Part shown: positions 52,951 through 64,000 of the stretch, piece after piece
Layout: every line of letters begins with the position of its first letter
How positions within the stretch are numbered: the first letter of the stretch is position 1
From: Octopus sinensis
Lineage: Eukaryota
NCBI RefSeq assembly: GCF_006345805.1
Contig: NC_042997.1
Coordinates: 92,194,001 to 92,258,000, forward strand
DNA: 64,000 nt
Direction: 5' to 3'
Notes under the pieces: generated by a model
What the model was told of the DNA's origin: nothing
Database searches by the model: none
Seen by the model: the letters and a program-made list of their open reading frames with translations, nothing else
Position numbers and translations under genes: made by a program

Positions 52951-54639
52951 ATTTATAGAACTATAATAAAGATTCGCCAGTTGCCTTAGACTTACATACA
53001 TACAAACATAACATGTAGATACGTTCATACTACATATATACATGCCTATATGCTCATGCGTACATACACATACACACTTCTCCGCCGTTGCCAACGATGC
53101 TGTGTTTTGCGGAGGAGCCGGCATCAGGAACCACAAGTTCTTACATTTGTGGGAAACACATACGTCTGGGGTCGGGGAACTTTTTGAACCAGTTACCCCA
53201 AAATATATTTATTTATGCCGACGTTACCTCCTTGATTTGAAAAAGAAGAAAATTATAGATTCTTTGAATTCAAAAGGTTTATTGAATCTATTTATAAGAA
53301 TCTATTTACACGTCCATACAATGGCCAGATGCAGTGTTACCAAAAGAGAATTTTCCGTCACAACAAGGAACAGGTTTTTTTAAATGTAATTTTACCTGTC
53401 CTATGAGTCCTCATTACCCACAAATATTTCATTTTTACCCCACTTCGGGTAATTTATCGCGGTTCGCCGACTCACGTATGTCATACGTAAAGTACTTGTG
53501 GTGGTTGATGGTTGTGGTTGGTTTTGGGCTGCACGGACCAATTTTCGTCTATTAGTTTTTTGTAGTTGGTGTGCTTGTCTGCTTTTTACGCCATTTGCTT
53601 CGTTTCAACACCCACCAATGCGAGCATTTATCAGTTCTGCCCATGGGGTTTGGAATATTTTGCACCGTTTCAGAATCTACTTTAGATAATCCCTGTTCAG
53701 TTATTTTCCCCCCACCCTCTCGCGTAACACACACACACACACACAAACATCTATATAAAAGTTTGGTGACGTAAACAGAATAAAAGAACTCAAAACAAGA
53801 GCATATATATGTGCATTTTATTATTAATAATCAGCAGACGGTACAGAGGGACTCAAGGCCCGATAGTTTCCTATATATGTGTGTGTGTGTACGCGCGTGT
53901 ATGCTCCTTTTCTCTTTCTTTTCCGTACGTGTAGTCGAACTGTACGGATGACTGGAAAGCTATAAAATTGGCGATATAGATTTAGGTATCTGCAATGAGT
54001 GTACAGATATAAGATTATCGTGTGCGTGTGTGTATCCTCTCAATATACTCATCGAAATATATACCGCTAAAATCACTTATATTCTGTCAGATATCTTTAC
54101 GATGTGACAATGCAAATATTACATTGTGACAATGTAAATACTATATTTTCCGCTCCACTGAGAAAAAACAAATCTCTTTCGTGTTGGACTGTTTGCGATA
54201 AAACTTGGATTTGTATAACTGCACGATCAAAAATGCAAAAGTGTATCATTATCGAAGTAGCCACTGAAATCTGGGTTTTCTTCTCGATCCCACACAGCAA
54301 ATTCCCATCATGAATTACCGACCTTCTCCGATCGCATATTCTCAAAGAAATCCAATTAGATAGAAACACCACTACAGTAATGAACACAATTACAACAATA
54401 ATACACAAAACAATAATTACTAAATATCAAAAACATTTTAGATTTAAATTACAGTTAGGCATATCACAGCATAACTGTGCAATCTATCATACTTGTAGCT
54501 TCATACATTTAGATATTCAGCAGAATTTCCGTAAGAAATACTATATTACAACTGAATATGCGATAACAGAAGACGGAGGATAATTTTTCATGCAAACATA
54601 CTAACGTTGTGCTATGGTTTGTAAAACAAATATTGATTA

Positions 54640-54805
54640 CTACGTACGTACGTACGTACGTATGTATGTATGTATGTATGTATGTATGTATGTATGTGTG
54701 TATGTATGTATGTATGTATGTATGTATGTATGTATTATGTATGTATGTATGTATGCATGCATATACGTACACACATATCTAGCTTTCCGTCCGTCCGTCT
54801 GCCTG

Positions 54806-54901
<96 letters not shown>

Positions 54902-54908
54902 CCAACCC

Positions 54909-54996
<88 letters not shown>

Positions 54997-55011
54997 GCCT
55001 GCCTGCCTGCC

Positions 55012-55056
<45 letters not shown>

Positions 55057-55072
55057 GCTGTCTGTCTGTCTA

Positions 55073-55104
<32 letters not shown>

Positions 55105-55200
55105 ATATAGAAACTGAAAAAGCTGTATCGTCACACATACACACACACACGCACAAACGCACACACACACAAACGCACACGCACACACATACACACACAA
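54640..55200. repeat. Compound microsatellite (TACG)(TATG)(TCTA)(GCCT)(GTCT)(CA)
   Basis: Read directly from the sequence. Confidence 0.97.
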
Positions 55201-55284
55201 CATACACAATGTAATTGTTCTTTCCTACGAAGAATATAGGACTGCTTAAAAAGTGCTCGGGTCGAACCCAAAACAAAAGATAAG

Positions 55285-56035
55285 GATTAAGATATAAACT
55301 CAAATTCGGTAATCATACTCTTACAGTTATAAATTCGACTTAAAATGCGCATATATACATTAATACATATCGACACATGAATATTAAAACAAATATTTAT
55401 AAAATATAAATATACATCAAAACATATGTAAATAAGCCCATGTGGGATACGTATGAAAGGAACTGTGAGAAAAAGATGTGATAAAACATTTTTTGCGCTA
55501 AAATTAAGAGCGGTTAAGAGTTTCAATTAAAAGATAGATAGAAATTGATGTGTTTTTTTAAAAATATATAAATGGTATATAAGGTATATAATACAGTTCA
55601 AGGAAGTCCACTTTCTACGGCCGTTTCCAGAGTTCATGTCCTGGTAGAAAAAATTGTCCGCATGGTTTGTAAAATTTTAAAAATTAATTTTTCTGCCAGG
55701 ACATGAACCCTGGAAACGGCCGTAGAAAACGAACTTCCTTGAATTGTATTATATACCTTATACACCATTTATATATTTAAAAAAACAAAAACAAATCGAT
55801 TTCTATCGATCTTTTAATTGAAACTCTTCACCGATCTTAACTCTAGTACAAAAATATTTATTAGTTTCCTTTCATACGTATCACACATGGGTCTTATTTA
55901 CATGTATTTTTATGTATATTTATATTTTATAAATATTTTAAAGAATATTCATGTGTGTCGATATGTATTAATATATTATGTATGCGCATTTTAGTCGAAT
56001 TCATAACTGTATGAGTATGATTACCTAATCCTTAT
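55285..56035. repeat. ~750 bp foldback/MITE-like element with ~350 bp arms
   Basis: taaggatta...aaggaagtccactttctacggccgtttccagagttcatgtcctgg is mirrored by ccaggacatgaaccctggaaacggccgtagaaaacgaacttcctt...taatcctta. Confidence 0.88.
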
Positions 56036-56189
56036 ATGTGTGTGTGTCACTAAATGTGACTAGGGTGTTAAGCACCTACATTGCTGGAAATAAGAGCTAA
56101 AGCGCTCTAATGCATGCATGTATGTATGTATGTATGTATGTATGTATGTATGTATGTATGTATGTATGTATGTATGTATGTATGTCTCT

Positions 56190-59100
56190 TCTCTTTTTAA
56201 TTATTATAAATCTTCCACTGAGGAGGGAGCTGGTTTCCAACAAAGATACTTGGCTCCATCTTTGGGATGTAGTTAACACAGACAAATTCACATTTGGAAC
56301 TTGAAAAAAAGTCTTGTATATCTTCACCGTTCCACTCACAGATTGGACTTGTAACGTACGAATCAGCCGGTCAATTTCTCTTTCTGAAAATCCCAATTTA
56401 TCCAGATTCTCCTTTAAGCATTTATTAACAAAACCTAGTGCCCCAATTATTATTGGTTTGAATATGAATTCATAGTCTGGATATAGAAGCTGGAGGTTTC
56501 GAAGCAGTTGTCCATAAATATCCTCTTTTTCTTGGCTTTTCAATGAAATATTTATATCTGCAGGGCAGCTAACCTCTATGATGGTACATACTTTTGCCCC
56601 TCTGTCCCAAACAACAATATCCGGCCTGTTATGCTTACATTTGACTGAAGTTTCGATGGAAATATTCCATCAGTATTCCTTGAGTTGGTGTTTATGAATG
56701 TAGTCCATAACAGAAGGATTTTCTAAGTTTACTTCAGGACAGTCTTTTCTGCAGATGGCATTGTAAATTGTTTTAGCAACCACATCGTGCTGCATAGGGA
56801 GGTAGTATCGTGACGACATTTTAGGACAGCTGCTAATGAAAAGCGTAATGTCTTCCACAGAAACATGACATAGCCTACACGTGCGGTTGTACCTTGGGAT
56901 CACAAGAGCGTCACTGTCTCGCTTGTTCACAGGTACTTTGTGGCAATTGCAAATGCAATGTGGGATATTGTTTTGTTGCAAGAGGAGAATTCCGACTGCC
57001 ATATTTTCTTAAGTCTAGTATAATAGTCTCGTGTCACTCTACATTTTCATCTTTTCTTTCTGTGGAATAGGGGAGATAGAGAGACCGTCGATGCACAGGT
57101 TTTGGGTTTGAGGAATTGACTTTCCTCGTTCTATAACCAAATACGAACATTTCTTTTGCCAAATTCCATGGCAATATCAGCTGGAAAGGTTGTTGTTAAT
57201 TCCAGTTGTTGTTTTTTTTTTGGCATTGTTAACACGTTCAGCATAAATCTTCAGGTCGTCTACAAAGAAATTATGAGTTACATTGATATTTCTGGCAGTT
57301 GAAGATCCTAGCATGTAACCATTTGTTTTCTGCTGTAGGAACGATAATGGATTCAGTGCCAAAATGAAAAGAAGTACAAAAAAACTACCTCCCTGGAATA
57401 TTCTCTTTGTAATGCCTATACTATTAGAAACAATTATTCTGTACTTAGTTGTAAGGATAAGAATAGTTGTCCATGTCTTTGTGAGTCGCTCTATAGCAGC
57501 AATTAAGGTAGTAGGTGCCTTTGCCAGATGTAAGCACTTCAATAACCATGAATGAGGGATAGATTTGAATGCCTTCTTATAGTCAGGCCATGCTATCACA
57601 AGGTTTCTGTGTTGTTGTCTTACTTCAGACAGTACAGCTTTGTTTATTAAAAGTTGTTCGGTACATCCCAACACTCACTTCTTTCCACTAGCCTGCTCAT
57701 CAGTCACAATGTTGTTCGACTCACACTTGTGGACCATTTGTACATAATGCTCAGGCAAACAATGGGCCTGTACAGTAGCGGTTCGTAGATAAAATTAGTC
57801 GGGGTGCTGTTTCAGAAAATTTTTAGCCGTTGTTCTAATATTGTGTAAAAGGAAACAAACGTATAACAAGAAAATGTATATATAAACATGATCGGTTCGC
57901 GTTTTAGCCACTGCCGGGTAGTGTGTTTAATTTGTTCATTGAACACCGCTGTGAATTCCCTCTTGTTTTTCAAAAATCCCACCTAAATCACATTATAAGG
58001 GGGGGGGAAATCTGTCCTATTTTTCAAATCCTAGCAGCAACACTGTAGTTGAAAGCAGGATAATATTCTAATTCTACACTTTATTACATTCAAGAATATA
58101 AACACGTTTTTAAGCGCAACACACGCAAAGTTAAAAAGAAACACTACCTTCCACCAGCACATTAGGGTCGGCACTGTGAATCACAGTGCTCTCTCTCTCT
58201 CCCTAGCTTGCAGCTTCCTATCTCGGACATGAGAGCATGCGCGCAACAACCAAACATTACATCGCAAGAACTGCGAAGCGCACAGTTCTATACAAGGATT
58301 TTTGTATTTTTTCAGAAACTAGGGGATGGCTACTGACATTGAGCTTAAAGATTATATAATGTACAAGTATAAAGAAAGAATTAAAGAAAAAAAAAGGACT
58401 CATTATATTGAATGTTATTGATAAGATCGAGTGGAAATAAGGAGTGCTGCAGTTCCGCAGTGCCTATACACGAGCCGCCACTGGGTCTGTAGTATCCTGC
58501 TATCTCAGTGATTTCATTTTTACCAACAAGATTATCTTTGCGTTAGCAAGCCAATGTGGTATATCAGTCTGACTTTCCACAGTCCTTTTGAACATACATA
58601 TCAACTGGTTTCTATACAATGTCAGCTTCTTGTACGAATACCTAACTATTACGTCCCTTCCAGGTGTCTACCCATTCTGTAGTTTGCCTACTGCTATAGC
58701 GAAGGTTTCTGCATCAATTTTGTATGTTTTACTGTTAGTGTTGGTACAGTATTCTTTCTCAGTTGTATTTAACCATAATGCATTCGGGTTGAAATCCCTC
58801 TTTTCATTCCAAATTCTTGACCACAATGATTGTAGATCTTCTTGCGAGAGAGCTTTCTTAATGGTAATATTTTCCTTCCTCATCTCTCTGAATAATGTTT
58901 GTGAGTTGGAAGCAAACTTGCAATTGATACTGGCTCGCTAAAAAATTTGCTTGCGATAGCGGAGTTTCTCGCTCATCACCCTGAGTTCATGTTATAAAGT
59001 GATTAGCTTTCCCTTAAGAACTTGGTGTGAAGAGTTGCCATAAAGTTTCATTAATTTTTGTATAAGGTAGAGTTGGTGAGGAGTACACTCGTTTTCTCCT
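56190..59100 (-). mobile_element. RLE-encoding non-LTR retrotransposon relic (R4/Dong-like)
   Basis: TPGRD, YRP, DYKKAF, IFQG, FVDDLKIYA, CRLC..CP, NRPDIVVWD..IIEVSCP, KEDIYGQL..IIIGALG. 3' end abuts (TACA)n. Confidence 0.85.
57773..58483. mobile_element. hAT-type non-autonomous element nested in the RLE element
   Basis: TIRs cagtagcggttcgt and acgagccgccactg. 8-bp TSD ggcctgta (57765-57772) and ggtctgta (58484-58491). Confidence 0.88.
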
Positions 59101-59880
59101 TATATATTATTGTTGTATCAAGTCATCCCATAAGTTCTGTCCGATTTTACCTTTTTTTAAAATTGAATGAAATTTAATAGTATTTTAGAATGTCTAATGG
59201 AATTAAAAATTATTTTTTTGCATTTGTGTACATTTAAACTAATTAAATATTATATTACAGAATAATAGAATTAAAATTTCTTTGATTAAAACTCTTTCTA
59301 ACATGGAAGTATCCAAAGAGTATTTGAGGCACACCATGAGTTTTATTATGAAATTTAATGTCAGCATGCTATGAGACCCAACTGAAATGTAATGTCAGCA
59401 GCTATGAGACCCAACATCCCACACTCTCTCACTTTCATTAACTCACTTTGTATTCTCTGCACATTACCATATCTCTCTCTTTGGTTTACTACTACAATAA
59501 GAACACACAGGCCGAAATTAACTTTTTTTCTTCGCACGCTCTATGATTTTATCACCTGCCCGTCGAGGCAAGGTATATTCGATGTAGCGGTAAAAATAAA
59601 TATTTTCTTCACATCTTCAATCACTATTCTTTCATTTTTACATAATGAAGAATCTCAGCCTTTTACAAAGTAATTTCTGCCGTTACACATTTCAAGGCAT
59701 CCCTTAGAAACAAATTACATCCATCCTTCTGTGTAACAACTATCGTTCACCATATTATCGTAATACAAAATAAATATCAATTGTCACAAAATTAATCTTT
59801 ATCGTTACAAACTGGTGATCCTGACGTTGCACCATATCAGGCATCGTTATAAAAATAAAACGTTATCTTTACACCCCCAC

Positions 59881-59925
<45 letters not shown>

Positions 59926-59938
59926 TATATATATATAT

Positions 59939-60050
<112 letters not shown>

Positions 60051-60057
60051 ATATATA

Positions 60058-60402
60058 TTTACTCATTCCAGTCATTTGATTGCGGTTATGCTGGAGGGTT
60101 TTAGTCGAACAAATCGACTTATTTTTTTAGTCCTAGTACTTATTCTATCGGTTTCTTTTGCCGAACCGTTAAGTTACGGAGACGTAGACAAACCAACGCC
60201 AGTTGTGAAGCGGTGGTGGAAGACAAACATAGGCACAAAGACGCACACAATAGATATATACATATACATACGACGGGCTTCTTTCAGTTTCCGTCTACCA
60301 AATCCACTCACAAGGCTTTGGTCGGCCCGAGGCAATAGTAGAAGACATTTGCCCAAGGTGCCACGCATGTGGTTGGGAAACAAGCTCCTTACCACACAGC
60401 CA
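60058..60402 (-). mobile_element. SINE family A
   Basis: Shared core and tail motifs. Confidence 0.85.
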
Positions 60403-60499
60403 CATATATGTATGTGTCTGTGTGTCTGTGTATGTGTGCGTTTGTGTAACGCGTATTACAACGGAATGCTTGAGAAATTCGCTTCATGAATCACGAAGT

Positions 60500-61350
60500 C
60501 TCGAGTTCAATCCCATACCATACATGCACACATGAATATTAGTGTGCGCATAACAAGCGCTGGGGGTTTGTAAGCGTTGGGAATTGGTAAGCTTTGGGAG
60601 TTGAAAAGCGTTGGGAACTGGTAAGCTTTGGGGGTTGGTAAGCGTTGGGAATTGGTAAGCTTTGGGAATTGGTAAACATGGGGGATTGGTAAGCATTGGG
60701 GATTGGTAAGCTTTGAAGATTGATAATTGGCGGTCCTGCTCATGCGGTTGGTTGCTGACGGTGACCTTGGTGAAGAGTAGCAGCTAGTCCTAAGGTGGTA
60801 TATCTGGATTGTCGGTTGTCCGAGGCTTGCAATTTGCCAGAAAGGCATACCGCTGGTGACAGCAATAAGATAAATCGTATTTCTTATTGATGGATAGTGC
60901 AAGTTGTTGGAGGATATGCAGTTTTTCGCGGATGCAGAGCTGGCAGTAGGGAGCGCCGAGTGAATATGGTGGCGCTCTGTCGACAATAGTCCACTTGATG
61001 CTGGGTGTTTCGTCTCGGAGGTTACGGAGTCTCCAGAGAAATCGAGACAGGAAAGTAGAGTTCTCTCTGCCCCTGGGTCTGAACGAGTGCTTATGCTGGG
61101 AGTATCGTCCCTTGAAGTTATTGGCTTTCATACCCGTATAGTGCTTAGTAACGCCATCAGAGGATGTAAGGGTGGCTCTGTATATTACGGCCTTTTAGAG
61201 GCAGTTTCCTTCTAGAGGGCACATGGTGGGGTTTCGGAAGTTGCAGGTTGGGGTTGGAGGTGCATTTTTTCATCTGTTGATATGTGCAATGTTGGATGTG
61301 ATGTTGTCTGAGCTGGAGTAACTCACCTTGACATTATAGAAGTTGAAGAG
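60500..61350 (-). mobile_element. Penelope-like element 3' fragment (GIY-YIG domain + 3' UTR)
   Basis: VKVSYSS, CPLEGNCL..VIYRA..HYTGM, FKGRYSQHKHSF, CQLCIREKLHI. Homologous to 2853-3630. Confidence 0.85.
60560..60720. repeat. Minisatellite built on ttggtaagc(g/t)ttgggaa
   Basis: About 7 diverged units directly visible. Confidence 0.85.
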
Positions 61351-61722
61351 TTTGAAATACTTGTGACTTCTTATATATTCTTTTTTATATTTTTTAGCAT
61401 ATTTTATATATTTTTGCATATTTCATATTTGTACATTAAACATTTTTCTATAATTTCTTATATTTCTTAATTTATTTTTGTTACTTTTTATTATAACTGA
61501 TATTATATGGCACGATTATATTCTTATATAACATCCATCCACATTACTTACATCATTCGCTTGGTTCTATTTTTATGGTTTTTGCTTTTTATTTATCGTC
61601 TCTTTATGTTCGCAGTTCGCTTTAGTGGTATCTTCCACACGATCCGTTTGGCTGTTCGAGTTTTTTTCGCGCCGTTTTATATTCACTCAATTATTGAAAC
61701 TGCTTAGTTCGGTAGAATAGTC

Positions 61723-61776
61723 CACGCCTGAAGAACGTACTTGGGTTTCCATGTACATGAAACTATTAGTAGCGTG
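61723..61776 (+). ncRNA. Type I hammerhead ribozyme motif (family 1)
   Basis: cacgc CTGAAGA acgtac-t-tgg-gttt-cca-t-gtacat GAAAC tatta GTA gcgtg. Predicted cleavage after 61771. Confidence 0.8.
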
Positions 61777-61878
61777 ATTTATGCATGTGAGGTGATCGTA
61801 TAAAACAATATTTTTACTCTCGCTAGATGGAGTACTCTTCTTGTTGAAACTTATACGGATCAATTCATATATATATAT

Positions 61879-61916
<38 letters not shown>

Positions 61917-62020
61917 CCGGAGTAAACACATAAATGTGAAACAAGGTGGAATAAAGAGTACTCAAATACCAGTGGTAGAGTAATATGCTTTATTTAAAGC
62001 AGCAGAAAAATCAACAAAAC

Positions 62021-62058
62021 CTGTTACTCTGAGTTTCCCGTTGCCGTTCATCGGACAG
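62021..62058 (-). ncRNA. Minimal hammerhead motif (family 2), U4C variant
   Basis: ctgt CCGATGA acg-gcaa-cgg GAAAC tcaga GTA acag. A degenerate sibling lies at 43921-43962. Confidence 0.65.
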
Positions 62059-62439
62059 TTTTTTTTATATATATATAATAGTGTACATTTAAACACAAGA
62101 GAAAACTACCTTTAACAGGTAATTTTTACACGCTAGAAGAAGCAGTCGAAACGACCAAAACCACATTTAAGAGGTAGTTTCCTCTTGTATTTAAATGTAC
62201 ACTATTTTATATTGAGAATATGTTGTCTATTGACTTTTTATACATGCTAGGCCACTGGTGGTGAAATTTCTTAAAATATTCGCTATCCTATATATTTTAC
62301 GAATATGATTTTAGCATTTCGAAGATCGGTTCGGCATTTTTCATTTACTGCCGACTGAAACTGCGCTTGCGCGGTGAAATTTGAACATATAAGGATGAGA
62401 ACGTGTTATTTGTCTCTAAATTATGTTAATTGTTATGGC

Positions 62440-62512
62440 ACGGTTACTGATGAGGATTCGCCTAGCAAATTATTTTACTTGCTGAAGAAATCTGAAACCT
62501 AGGTATAACCGT
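62440..62512 (+). ncRNA. Type I hammerhead ribozyme motif (family 3), canonical core
   Basis: acggtta CTGATGA ggatt...agcaa/ttgct...aatct GAAAC ctag GTA taaccgt. 7-bp stem I, palindromic CCTAGG helix III, predicted cleavage after 62505. Confidence 0.9.
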
Positions 62513-62559
62513 AAAAAAATAATAAGGTAAAAGTTTTTATTTTTCATTCACTTCGAAAA

Positions 62560-63400
<841 letters not shown>

Positions 63401-63429
63401 TTTCGCATTTATTATATATATATATATAT

Positions 63430-64000
63430 TGTTACGGGTTTAACTAGTGCAGTGTTTCTGACCCACATCGTGGATATGGTTCCAGTATGTCTGGTGAAAA
63501 TGTGACAGTCTTTTGTCTAATGGAGGACTAATGGTTTTGGAATGACCTGTGACCTCGTGCGGCTGAGAAGAGGGTCAGGAGAATGTGAAAGTGGAAGACA
63601 GATTAAGGGAATCTAAGAGCAGATGGAGAGGGTATTGACAGTAAGAGAGAAGGACAGGCAGAGAGTATGGTAGAGCTGTCATGAGAGAGATAGAGTATAA
63701 GACTAAGGGACAGTTAGAGAGGGTATGAGCGGTACAGAGGGAGATGAGGGAGTGGAAGAAGCACAGAGACGAAGTGAGGTCTTGGCAGTCGTTGAGCGGT
63801 CGTCGAGGAACACAGACGGATCTTGCAGTCGCTGGCCGGTCCTCGAAGAAGACAGACGGACCTTGGATTTAAGGAGCAAGCGTTGGAATTCTTAGGAGCA
63901 AGTTGGATGCGAGAAAGCTTGGCGGCACAGAAGGGAATTAGCAGTATTCAGAGGAATTAGCAGTATTGAGAGGAATGGGACACTGGCAGATTCAATTAGG
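63430..64000 (+). mobile_element. Start of an LTR-like element, truncated by the window end
   Basis: Abrupt TGTTACG start after a (TA)n tract. Purine-rich with short internal tandem duplications. Confidence 0.5.

Noticed and set aside
57680-57715. Minus-strand CTGATGAG...GGAAA
   Set aside because: It lies in RT coding sequence, the stems do not pair and there is no NUH site.
60560-60720. Regular repeats as a CRISPR array
   Set aside because: Eukaryotic context, no unique spacers and no cas genes; it is a minisatellite.

Overview
AT-rich, repeat-dense eukaryotic DNA. The SINE, RTE and microsatellite content suggests an Octopus-like cephalopod (my recognition, not a database result). Most short ORFs in the track are microsatellite or repeat artefacts. 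The one convincing host coding sequence is a minus-strand exon at 852-915 encoding a signal peptide (MLFWQPWLLVLLTVLPFTLGQ). Its probable promoter and upstream exons lie about 39-42 kb away, where CpG-depleted gene-body-like DNA gives way to CpG-retaining DNA. The window holds a young, near-intact Tx1/L1-type LINE (27540-33360) flanked by (ATT)n, plus relics of Penelope-like, RTE, R4/Dong-like, pogo/Tigger, mariner, maT, hAT, Helitron and LTR-like elements and three tRNA-derived SINE families. The most notable signal is a set of minimal type I hammerhead ribozyme motifs from several unrelated small repeat families. Three lie within 800 bp at 61723-62512, an inverted pair lies at 51453-51658, and one sits behind a tRNA-like head at 26508-26553. 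Foldbacks built from hammerhead halves or Penelope termini also occur.
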